This document shows, one piece after another, positions 1 to 6,814 of a stretch of DNA of 8,878 nucleotides (the stretch's first letter is position 1; each line of letters starts with the position of its first letter). The notes under the pieces were generated by a model that was not told the origin of the DNA, did not search any database, and saw nothing but the letters and a program-made list of their open reading frames with translations. The translations under genes were made by a program, and so were the position numbers. The DNA comes from a bacterium (GTDB lineage: Bacteria; UBP7; UBA6624; JBBIMK01), in NCBI GenBank assembly GCA_037444445.1, contig JBBIMK010000047.1:1-8878 (forward strand). The letters are read 5' to 3'.

Positions 1-68
1 CCGGCAATCAAGAGAATGTCTACCACCGCCTCTGGCTTCTTCTTTAAGAAAGAAAGGAGCCACCTCAC
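1..68 (-). CDS. Partial hypothetical protein: only the N-terminal ~22 codons (MRWLLSFLKKKPEAVVDILLIAG...) are visible, and the gene continues past the left edge
   Basis: GTG at 68..66 lies 8 nt downstream of AGGAGGTGAT (77..86), a perfect complement of the 16S 3' tail and the same SD core seen before rho. The frame stays open to position 1. An alternative GTG at 63..61 in another frame is also open. Too little sequence is visible to assign a family. Confidence 0.3.
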   Translation of the reverse strand, partial: MRWLLSFLKKKPEAVVDILLIA

Positions 69-76
69 CTTAAATC

Positions 77-86
77 ATCACCTCCT
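77..86 (-). promoter_or_regulatory. Shine-Dalgarno site AGGAGGTGAT for the left-edge ORF
   Basis: Read directly on the minus strand. It is a 10-nt anti-SD complement, followed by the spacer GATTTAAG and then GTG. Confidence 0.4.
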
Positions 87-102
87 GGAAATGCAGAGTG
101 CG

Positions 103-135
103 AAATGAAAAATGAATGGGGGAAAATTTTCCCCC
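103..135 (-). terminator. Putative intrinsic terminator or attenuator: perfect palindrome GGGGGAAAAUUUUCCCCC followed by AUUCAUUUUUCAUUU
   Basis: The 18-bp perfect palindrome at 118..135 gives a stem of up to 7 bp (GGGGGAA/UUCCCCC) with a 4-nt loop. On the minus strand only, it is followed by a U-rich tract (103..117). The plus-strand side (GTAAAGTGGG) has no T-run. Confidence 0.5.
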
Positions 136-205
136 GTAAAGTGGGCAAAGAGCGAGAGTTTAAGAGGCGATGGGTGTGGGAAAAATGGAGAATATCCGCA
201 AAAAT

Positions 206-228
206 CAGGCAGGCAGGCAGGCAGGCAG
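206..228. repeat. Tetranucleotide microsatellite (CAGG)x5 plus CAG; on the minus strand it reads (GCCT)5 G
   Basis: Read directly: caggcaggcaggcaggcaggcag. The last units form the 5' arm of the hairpin GGCAGGC-agta-GCCTGCC (220..237). Confidence 0.95.
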
Positions 229-273
229 TAGCCTGCCCTTCTGACCGGACTCTTTCTCCATCATCGCTTGAGT

Positions 274-301
274 ATTATATCACACTATTTCAACCTGTCA
301 A
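274..301 (-). promoter_or_regulatory. Sigma70-type promoter: -35 TTGACA (296..301), 16-nt spacer, extended -10 TGaTATAAT (274..282), with an A/T-rich UP-like tract upstream
   Basis: The minus strand reads ggtaaaaatTTGACAggttgaaatagtgTGaTATAATactcaagc. Both hexamers match consensus perfectly. It starts 29 nt after the dnaG stop codon. Confidence 0.6.
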
Positions 302-329
302 ATTTTTACCCTTTTCAAAAGGAGGAAAT

Positions 330-2066
330 TCAGGAGGGGCGGCGAAGGCGGCGGTTAATGTCAGCCACTTTCTCTGCCAGTTCCTTCTCCTGTTCCATAT
401 CTCCGCGCCTGTGGGCTTCCTGAAGGTGTTTATGAAGATTATCCCTCGTATTCTTCAAAGCGTTCTCATGGAGACGCCTGGCAAGTTGCAAGAGTTCATG
501 CCAGGATAAAGCAGGAATATCGGTAGATGCATATATCTGAGATAATAACTGAGAAGCGCTTTCATCTTCACTTAAAGCGGCACTGAGTAGCGAAAAAGTG
601 ATAGGTTCACTGCTCAAGCACCGGGAATAGATTCTCCGAACGCGGTCATCCTGCAAGTCCTCTACAGGCAGTATCTGTGCAAGTTCAGGGGCTCTCTCCA
701 GCTCCTGGAAAAGGGCACCGAGAAAACGTATTTCCTCCGTAAGGCGTTTTTTAGGCGATTCCTCACCTGGCTTCTCAGGGTGGCTACTTCTCATGGAGAT
801 ACGGCTCCACTCCTGCTCCACTCTGGACAGGGGGAGGTGAAGACCGTCAGCAATTTTCTCCAGATACCCGGAAAGAATGATGGGGTCGCGAAGATGCTGG
901 AGAACGGGGAAAAGGTCGGTGAGAACTTTCCGTTTCCCTTCCGGCGTGTCCCAATCCTGTGTTTGTTTCAGGAAATTCAGGTAAAACAGGATGAACGGCG
1001 AGGCTTCCTGAAGAAGTGCCTGCCAGGCTTCCAGCCCCTTTTCACGGATGAAATCGTCGGGGTCCTGACCCGGTGGGAGAACAATAATCCGGGGTATCAT
1101 ACCTTCTTCCAGGAACAGAGAAATGCCACGAGTAGAAGCCTTTTCACCTGCGCTATCCGCATCATACGCTAAAAACACATTGGAAGTAAAGCGGCGCAGG
1201 AGACGAATCTGCTCCAGGGTGAGTGAAGTTCCCATAGAAGCCACGGCATTTTCAACTCCTGCCTGAAACAAGCCGATAACATCCATATAGCCTTCCACCA
1301 GCACAGCCGCACTTGTTTTGCTAATGGTGTCCTTTGCCAGATAAAGTCCGTAAAGAAGTTTTCCCTTATCAAAAAGAGGGGTCTGAGGTGAGTTGACATA
1401 TTTAGGCTCATCACCGGGAACGAGGGCTCTTCCAGCGAAGCCCACGGTTCTTCCAGAAATGTCTTTAATTGGAAAGATGAGGCGGTTTCGGAACCGGTCC
1501 AATAGACCGTCTGGGCGGGAGATAGCCAGCCCTGCATCCAGGATTTCTTTTTCCTGAAATCCCTTCTTCATTGCCGATTTGCAGAAGGCATCTGGAACAT
1601 CGGGGGCGAGGCCAAGTTCAAAAGTCGTAATGGAGTCAGCCGAAATTCCTCTGGGAATCAAGTATTCACTCACGACCCGTTGCCCCCGTTCCGTTTTCAA
1701 GAGGGTCTGGGAATAAAAATCCCGCGCCAGTTGATGAAGGTTCAGGAACCGCTGACGGGTGGGGTCTTCACGCTCCAGGTCTTTTAAGGACACTCCGGCC
1801 TGAGTAGCCAGTTCTCGTAGGGCTTCTACAAAAGTGAGGTGCTCTATCTTCATCAGAAAAGTGAAGAGATTGCCACCTGCACCGCACCCGAAGCAGTGCC
1901 ACAATTTCTTGTCCGGGCTCACAGTGAAGGATGGGGTCTTCTCCGAATGGAAGGGGCACAGACCCTTGTATCTACGGCCTGATGGCTTCAGAGCCACATA
2001 CCGAGAAACCACATCTACGATGTCCAGGCGGTTCTGAACCTCTTCTGTAATCGCTGTCAGGTCCAT
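330..2066 (-). CDS. dnaG: DNA primase DnaG
   Basis: The N-terminal CHC2 zinc-finger motif is present (CPFHSEKTPSFTVSPDKKLWHCFGCGAGGN). A central TOPRIM/RNA-polymerase core follows (VLVEGYMDV ... LAYDADSAGEKAT-like), then a helical C-terminal domain. The 578-aa length and the N-terminus (IVDVVSRYVALK) are canonical. ATG start at 2066, TGA stop at 330..332. Confidence 0.95.
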   Translation of the reverse strand: MDLTAITEEVQNRLDIVDVVSRYVALKPSGRRYKGLCPFHSEKTPSFTVSPDKKLWHCFGCGAGGNLFTFLMKIEHLTFVEALRELATQAGVSLKDLEREDPTRQRFLNLHQLARDFYSQTLLKTERGQRVVSEYLIPRGISADSITTFELGLAPDVPDAFCKSAMKKGFQEKEILDAGLAISRPDGLLDRFRNRLIFPIKDISGRTVGFAGRALVPGDEPKYVNSPQTPLFDKGKLLYGLYLAKDTISKTSAAVLVEGYMDVIGLFQAGVENAVASMGTSLTLEQIRLLRRFTSNVFLAYDADSAGEKASTRGISLFLEEGMIPRIIVLPPGQDPDDFIREKGLEAWQALLQEASPFILFYLNFLKQTQDWDTPEGKRKVLTDLFPVLQHLRDPIILSGYLEKIADGLHLPLSRVEQEWSRISMRSSHPEKPGEESPKKRLTEEIRFLGALFQELERAPELAQILPVEDLQDDRVRRIYSRCLSSEPITFSLLSAALSEDESASQLLSQIYASTDIPALSWHELLQLARRLHENALKNTRDNLHKHLQEAHRRGDMEQEKELAEKVADINRRLRRPS

Positions 2067-2081
2067 GCAAGGAAAAGAAAT

Positions 2082-3455
2082 TTAGAAGGCGAAGGAAGAA
2101 ACGCCCACGCCTTTCCGCAGTTCTTCCGACTGAAGGAATTCTGCATTCGTGCGAGTTTTCCGCAATCCGCTCAACAGGATTTCCAGGGCTTCCATAGGGG
2201 ATAAACTGGCAAGGATGCGCCGGAGTTTCCAGATTCTTTCTAACTCTTCCGGCGTATAGAGAAGTTCTTCATGGCGGGTGCCGGAGCGAAGGACATCAAT
2301 GGCAGGGAACATCCTGCGGTTTGCCAGGTTCCGGTCTAAATGAATTTCCATATTGCCCGTGCCCTTGAATTCCTCGTAGATAATTTCATCCAGTCGGCTT
2401 CCTGTGTCCACGATAGCCGTTGCGATGATGGTAAGGCTTCCTCCACCTTCAATGTTCCTGGCGGCGCCAAAGAAGCGCTTGGGTTTATAAAGGGAAGTGG
2501 GGTCCAGACCCCCGGAGAGAGTTCGCCCGCTGGAGGGCACAATCAAATTATGGGTGCGAGCCAACCGGGTCAGGCTGTCCAGGAGAATCACGACATCCTC
2601 TCCAATCTCAGCCAGCCGCTTCGCCCGGAACAAAACCATCTCAGCGATTTTAGCGTGGTTCTCCGGCTTCTCGTCAAAAGTGGAACTCACTACTTCACCC
2701 TTGACGGACCGCTCAAAGTCTGTCACCTCCTCCGGACGCTCATCCACAAGAAGGGCAATCAGATGGATTTGAGGGGAGTTGGTGGCGATGCTGTTAGCCA
2801 TTTGTTTCAGGATGGTAGTTTTACCTGCTTTGGGTGGGGAAACAATGAGGGCTCTCTGGCCTTTACCGATGGGAGCGATGATATCAATCAGACGCATGGA
2901 GATGTCGCCTCCATCCGTTTCCAGGCGCAGGCGGGAATTGGGATACAAAGGAATCAAAGATTCAAAAACGGGACGGTGCATCATCCGACTCGTGGGCTGT
3001 CCGTTCACGCTGAGCACTTCCAGCAGGGAAGGATATTTTTCTCCTCCATTTTTGTGGAGAGCACGGATCCCTCGGATTTTGTCCCCACTACGCAAGCCGT
3101 AGCGCCGAATCATACCTGGATTGACATACACATCCGTGGGGGCCATCAAATAGCCACGGGTTCGGAGAAAGCCGTAGTTTGTATCCATAATTTCCAGGAT
3201 GCCTTCCGTTTCCATGTGAGGGGGGGACTCGGGCTTCACCGCCGCCGCAGATACCGGAGGAGCGGGCGCCGATGTCTCTGATACCTCTGGTGCAGAAGGA
3301 ACCGCTACCTGCATCCGCTGAGCCTCCAGAATGTGCGCCACCAGCTCTGTCTTCCTGTATTTCCTCGGAGTTTTTACCCCCACCTCGGCGGCGATGTCAT
3401 ACAATTCCTGCATCTTCTTTTCTTCCAGCGCGGAAGAAGTATATTTCTCCGCCAT
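2082..3455 (-). CDS. rho: Transcription termination factor Rho
   Basis: It has the Rho_N helical motif ([11 protein letters not shown]...[13 protein letters not shown]), a CSD-like RNA-binding domain ([14 protein letters not shown]...DVYV...[10 protein letters not shown]) and Walker A ([16 protein letters not shown]). The C-terminal ATPase region is close to E. coli Rho ([46 protein letters not shown]). The ORF track starts at GTG 3467, but that GTG lies inside the SD GGGAGGTGAT (3462..3471). ATG 3455 follows a 7-nt spacer and is the more likely start, giving 457 aa. Confidence 0.95.
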   Translation of the reverse strand: MAEKYTSSALEEKKMQELYDIAAEVGVKTPRKYRKTELVAHILEAQRMQVAVPSAPEVSETSAPAPPVSAAAVKPESPPHMETEGILEIMDTNYGFLRTRGYLMAPTDVYVNPGMIRRYGLRSGDKIRGIRALHKNGGEKYPSLLEVLSVNGQPTSRMMHRPVFESLIPLYPNSRLRLETDGGDISMRLIDIIAPIGKGQRALIVSPPKAGKTTILKQMANSIATNSPQIHLIALLVDERPEEVTDFERSVKGEVVSSTFDEKPENHAKIAEMVLFRAKRLAEIGEDVVILLDSLTRLARTHNLIVPSSGRTLSGGLDPTSLYKPKRFFGAARNIEGGGSLTIIATAIVDTGSRLDEIIYEEFKGTGNMEIHLDRNLANRRMFPAIDVLRSGTRHEELLYTPEELERIWKLRRILASLSPMEALEILLSGLRKTRTNAEFLQSEELRKGVGVSSFAF

Positions 3456-3485
3456 TTCAAAAATCACCTCCCAGAGGTTAGAGTT

Positions 3486-4034
3486 TTATACAGTTCCCAT
3501 AGAGCTTAATTCCGCTATATATGGTAAATTCCTGTATTTCTGAGAAAAATCCAGCCCGTAGCCCACCACATACACATCCGGTATAGTAAATCCCACATAG
3601 TGAAGGTCCACTTTCACTTTCCTACGACTGGGGCGGTCCAGCAGGGTGCATACACGAAGAGTGGCGGGATGCCGCGTAGACAGGCTTTTTACCAGATAAT
3701 TCAGAGTTAACCCGGTATCCACGATGTCCTCAATCACCAGTACATGACGGGATTCCACTTCCGAATCCAGGTCCTTCAAGAGTTTGACCACACCTGAGGA
3801 AGAGGTGGAATCTCCATAACTGGCAATAGCAATAAAATCCAGAGTTAAGGGAAGTTTGAGATGGCGAATCAAATCACTCAAGAAGACGAAGGCCCCCTTT
3901 AATACACCCACGGTGAAGATTTCTCTTCCAGAATAATCTCTGGAGATTTCCTGTGCCAGTTCACGAACCCGTTTTTGGATTTTCTCCCGGGTGAAAAGGA
4001 TTCGTCCTGTTTCCTCCACGCAATTCACTCCCAT
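3486..4034 (-). CDS. hpt: Hypoxanthine(-guanine) phosphoribosyltransferase
   Basis: It has the PRPP-binding motif VLVIEDIVDTGLTL, plus LKGAFVFLSDL, SYGDSTSSSG, VVGYGLDF and YRNLPYI, all typical of Hpt. ATG 4034 overlaps the guaA stop by 10 nt. An alternative GTG six codons downstream follows GGGAG. Confidence 0.93.
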   Translation of the reverse strand: MGVNCVEETGRILFTREKIQKRVRELAQEISRDYSGREIFTVGVLKGAFVFLSDLIRHLKLPLTLDFIAIASYGDSTSSSGVVKLLKDLDSEVESRHVLVIEDIVDTGLTLNYLVKSLSTRHPATLRVCTLLDRPSRRKVKVDLHYVGFTIPDVYVVGYGLDFSQKYRNLPYIAELSSMGTV

Positions 4035-5575
4035 TCAATGGTTGCCGGGGGCTTTGTAGAAATATCAAAAAGAAAACGATTCACGCCTTTCACTTCATTC
4101 AGAACGCGGGAAGAGATTCTCTCCAGGGTTTTATAGGGGATTCGCGGCCAGTCCGCCGTCATGCCATCCCGGCTCGTAACAGCCCTCAGGACCACCGGGT
4201 AAGCGTAAGTGCGTTTATCCCCCATAACGCCCACAGTTTTAACCACCGGCAACACGGCAAAAAATTGCCATATTTTATCGGATAGCCCCGCTTTGTGAAT
4301 TTCCTCCAGTATTATTCTATCAGCCTCCCGTAAAATTTCAAGTCGTTCCCGATTCACTTCTCCAATAATGCGAATCGCAAGCCCGGGACCCGGAAATGGC
4401 TGACGACTCCAGATTTCCCTGGATATTCCTAACTCTCTGGCCACCTCACGAACTTCATCTTTGAAAAGATATCGCAGGGGTTCCAGGAGTTTCAAGTTCA
4501 TCCTCTCAGGCAAGCCAGCCACATTATGATGGCTCTTTATCCGGTCCGCAGGCCCCCGACTTCCTGCCTGGCTTTCTATCACATCGGGGTACAGAGTTCC
4601 CTGCGCCAGAAATGTAACGCCCGGGATTTCCCGCGCTTTTTCTTCAAATACCCGCACGAACTCCTCTCCCACAATTCTTCGTTTTTCTTCCGGGTCTACC
4701 ACATTCTTAAACCTTCGCAGGAAACGTTCCGAAGCGTCCACAAAGAGGAGGGAAATTTTGAAATGCTTTTGAAAAACCTGACGAACCTGCTCCGCTTCCC
4801 CTTTCCGGAGTAGCCCATGGTCCACGAAGATTCCAGTTAACTGACGACCAATGGCTTTGTGAACCAGAACCGCCGTTGTGACGGAATCCACTCCCCCACT
4901 GATGGCACAAATCACCTTCTCCTTTTTCACTCTATCCCTCGTTTCTTTTACAGCGTTCTCAATGAAAGACCCCATGGTCCAGGTGGGCTGGCAACCACAA
5001 ATGTGATAAAGAAAATTTTTAATTAACTCAATACCCCAGGGTGTATGAGCCACTTCCGGGTGAAATTGAACACCATACAACTTTTTCCGAAAATTGCCCA
5101 TAGAAGCGATGGGAATCATATCAGTGGTTGCCAGGATTTGAAAACCCTCGGGCACCGTCTCTACCACATCTCCATGGCTCATCCAGGCAATCAAATCCGG
5201 GTTCAAATCTCCGAACAGCGGCGAAATCATAGTTTGATGAATCTCCGCCTTCCCATATTCTCCCTTGGGCAATTGTCGCACCTTTCCACCTAATTGATAC
5301 GCCATCACCTGCATTCCATAGCAAATTCCCAGCACAGGAATTTTCAGCCGGTAAACCTCCGGAGAGGGATGAGCGGCACCGGCTTCGTAGACGCTGCTCG
5401 GGCCACCGGACAGAAGAATCCCCTTGGGGTTCAATTTTACAAGTTCCTTTGGGCTAATAGAAAATGGGAAGATTTCCGAGTACACCCTGGCTTCACGAAC
5501 CGTCCGAGCAATCAACTGGCTATATTGGGAGCCAAAGTCCAAAATAGCAACAAAATCTCTGGTAGGTGGCCTCAC
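4025..5575 (-). CDS. guaA: GMP synthase (glutamine-hydrolysing)
   Basis: The N-terminal class-I glutamine amidotransferase domain is present (ILDFGSQYSQLIAR, catalytic Cys in GICYGMQ, HPE). It is followed by the ATP-pyrophosphatase P-loop SGGVDS and the C-terminal dimerisation domain ending PPATIEWE. The GTG start overlaps the upstream TGA stop as GTGA. Confidence 0.96.
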   Translation of the reverse strand: MRPPTRDFVAILDFGSQYSQLIARTVREARVYSEIFPFSISPKELVKLNPKGILLSGGPSSVYEAGAAHPSPEVYRLKIPVLGICYGMQVMAYQLGGKVRQLPKGEYGKAEIHQTMISPLFGDLNPDLIAWMSHGDVVETVPEGFQILATTDMIPIASMGNFRKKLYGVQFHPEVAHTPWGIELIKNFLYHICGCQPTWTMGSFIENAVKETRDRVKKEKVICAISGGVDSVTTAVLVHKAIGRQLTGIFVDHGLLRKGEAEQVRQVFQKHFKISLLFVDASERFLRRFKNVVDPEEKRRIVGEEFVRVFEEKAREIPGVTFLAQGTLYPDVIESQAGSRGPADRIKSHHNVAGLPERMNLKLLEPLRYLFKDEVREVARELGISREIWSRQPFPGPGLAIRIIGEVNRERLEILREADRIILEEIHKAGLSDKIWQFFAVLPVVKTVGVMGDKRTYAYPVVLRAVTSRDGMTADWPRIPYKTLERISSRVLNEVKGVNRFLFDISTKPPATIEWE

Positions 5576-6780
5576 TTTCCTGAACCGATTCGCTGAAATA
5601 ACTGATGATATTTTCCCTCAGAAGGGAGAGAAGGAGAGATGACCAGATTCACGCGGTGCATCTCCGGGATAGTGCGTGCGCCGCAAAGCCCCATGGCATT
5701 TTTCAACGCTCCCACAAGGTTCAGAGTGCCATCCTCTCGGTTCGCCGGTCCAAATAGAACCTTCTGGAGACTGCCCTCCAGCCCCACATAAATGCGTGCC
5801 CCTCGGGGCAAAAGGGGGTCAGAGGTGGCCATTCCCCAGTGGAACCCCTTCCCGGGCGATTCCTCAGTCCGAGCGAAGACGGAACCCATCATCACCAGGT
5901 CCGCACCTGCGGCGAAAGCCTTCGCCACATCACCGCCAGTCCGCATCCCTCCATCCGTTATCACCGGCACATATCGGCCTGACTCTTGAAAGTAAGCATC
6001 CCGAGCCGCGGCCACATCCGCCGTAGCCGTTACCTGGGGAACACCCACCCCCGTGACCATTCGGGTGGTGCAGGCTGCTCCAGGCCCCACCCCCACCAGC
6101 ACACCCTCCACACCCTGACGCATCAACTCTATCGCTACCGGATAACTCACACAATTCCCCACAATGACAGGTATTTTAGACTCTTCCGTGAGCCGAGCGA
6201 TGGAAAGGCTTTTCCCCTGCCGGGTATAGTGAAAATGGGAGGTTACTGTGGATTGAATGAAGAGGAGGTCCGCACCCGCCTCTTCTGCCACACCAGCCCA
6301 TTCCAGGGCTTTCAAGGGTGTAAGAGAAACAGCCACCGGCATTCCCCGCTTTTTCATCGCCCGAATTCTCTCCACAATAAACACTTCCTGAACCGGCGCC
6401 TGATACACCGATTGAATGATGCTCGTTGCTTCCTCTAAAGGGGCTTTTCGTATCCGCTCCAATGCCTCCTCGGGATTTTTGTATCGGGTTTGTAGCCCCA
6501 GCAGGTTCAAAACCGCCAATCCTCCTGCCTTCCAGAGAGCAAAAGCAAACTCCGGGTCCACCACAGAGTCCATAGCAGCCGCCAGAAAGGGAATCCCCAG
6601 GGCTAATCCTCCACAACGGGAAGAAATATCCACATCCTCAGGGTTTATCGTGTATTCACCTGGAACCAAAGCCACATCATCAAAACTGTAGGCTCGGCGT
6701 GCCCTTCTGCCGATTCCAATCTCCTCCTCTGCTTCTGTAAGTTTCACCGGAGACTCCACCGACCCTTCCTGCATTCCCAT
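5572..6780 (-). CDS. GuaB3-family IMP dehydrogenase-related protein (IMPDH/GMPR TIM-barrel fold without a CBS/Bateman insertion)
   Basis: It carries an IMPDH-like catalytic loop [12 protein letters not shown] (Cys codon at 6070..6072), along with [36 protein letters not shown] and TEESPG. The N-terminus [22 protein letters not shown] is typical of the CBS-less GuaB3-type family. Only ~45 aa sit where canonical GuaB has the ~120-aa CBS pair. The maximal ORF begins at GTG 6828, which has no usable SD spacing and overlaps the upstream gene by 14 nt. ATG 6780 lies 13 nt after GGAGAGGAGG and is preferred, but the start remains uncertain. Confidence 0.85.
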   Translation of the reverse strand: MGMQEGSVESPVKLTEAEEEIGIGRRARRAYSFDDVALVPGEYTINPEDVDISSRCGGLALGIPFLAAAMDSVVDPEFAFALWKAGGLAVLNLLGLQTRYKNPEEALERIRKAPLEEATSIIQSVYQAPVQEVFIVERIRAMKKRGMPVAVSLTPLKALEWAGVAEEAGADLLFIQSTVTSHFHYTRQGKSLSIARLTEESKIPVIVGNCVSYPVAIELMRQGVEGVLVGVGPGAACTTRMVTGVGVPQVTATADVAAARDAYFQESGRYVPVITDGGMRTGGDVAKAFAAGADLVMMGSVFARTEESPGKGFHWGMATSDPLLPRGARIYVGLEGSLQKVLFGPANREDGTLNLVGALKNAMGLCGARTIPEMHRVNLVISPSLPSEGKYHQLFQRIGSGK

Positions 6781-6814
6781 AGATTGGTATATACCTCCTC
6801 TCCACAAGTATTTA

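Larger units (their letters stand above)
69..268 (-). ncRNA. Candidate structured 5' leader or cis-regulatory RNA (unclassified), running from the predicted TSS to the start codon of the left-edge ORF
   Basis: It lies downstream of a consensus promoter. Long-range complementary arms are GCGAUG (262..267) with CAUCGC (167..172), and AUGGAGAA (254..261) with UUCUCCAU (185..192). They enclose an apical hairpin GGCAGGC-UACU-GCCUGCC (220..237). A terminator-like palindrome (118..135) then comes just before the SD. I recognised no known riboswitch consensus. Confidence 0.35.

Noticed and set aside
215-250. GAGUCCGGUCAGAAGGGCAGGC in the leader loosely resembles the SRP (4.5S) RNA helix-8 region
   Set aside because: The conserved GNAR tetraloop with its closing pairs and the AGCA/GGAA symmetric-loop signature are absent. 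The apical loop here is UACU on a repeat-derived stem. The element is also far shorter than, and unlike, 6S RNA.
205-264. 19-codon minus-strand mini-ORF (MMEKESGQKGRLLPACLPA*) at the 5' end of the leader, with its stop codon set by the repeat number
   Set aside because: It has no SD, and its AUG sits about 10 nt past the -10 element, so it is neither clearly leaderless nor led. All three frames happen to stay open downstream, so a repeat change would extend it. Without conservation or ribosome-profiling data this is speculation and is not called as a feature.
310-322. Palindrome CCTTTTCAAAAGG just after the dnaG stop, considered as a dnaG terminator
   Set aside because: It has only about 4 stable base pairs, is AT-rich and has no proper U-tract. 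It more likely forms part of the A/T-rich UP-like region of the adjacent promoter. The dnaG transcript probably reads through to the 118..135 hairpin.
105-509. Plus-strand 134-aa ORF that runs through the (CAGG)n repeat, which would make it a candidate phase-variable contingency gene
   Set aside because: There is no SD before ATG 105. The ORF runs through the palindromic terminator and the minus-strand promoter, then lies antisense to the last ~60 codons of dnaG. The translated sequence is low-complexity and basic. It is most likely a chance ORF.
2340-3281. 313-aa plus-strand ORF antisense to rho, together with the 2497..2772 and 2779..3102 ORFs
   Set aside because: These are shadow ORFs opposite a strongly conserved gene. 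The translations are Arg/Ser/Gly/His-rich with no motifs and no SD. Long antisense ORFs often arise by chance opposite highly constrained coding sequence.
5676-6616. Several 65-150-aa ORFs on both strands inside the GuaB3-like gene (5676..6026+, 5986..6438+, 6176..6616-, 5930..6154-)
   Set aside because: They are off-frame or antisense to a gene with clear family motifs. Their translations are Pro/His/Arg/Gly-rich low-complexity sequence typical of wrong-frame reading of GC-rich codons.
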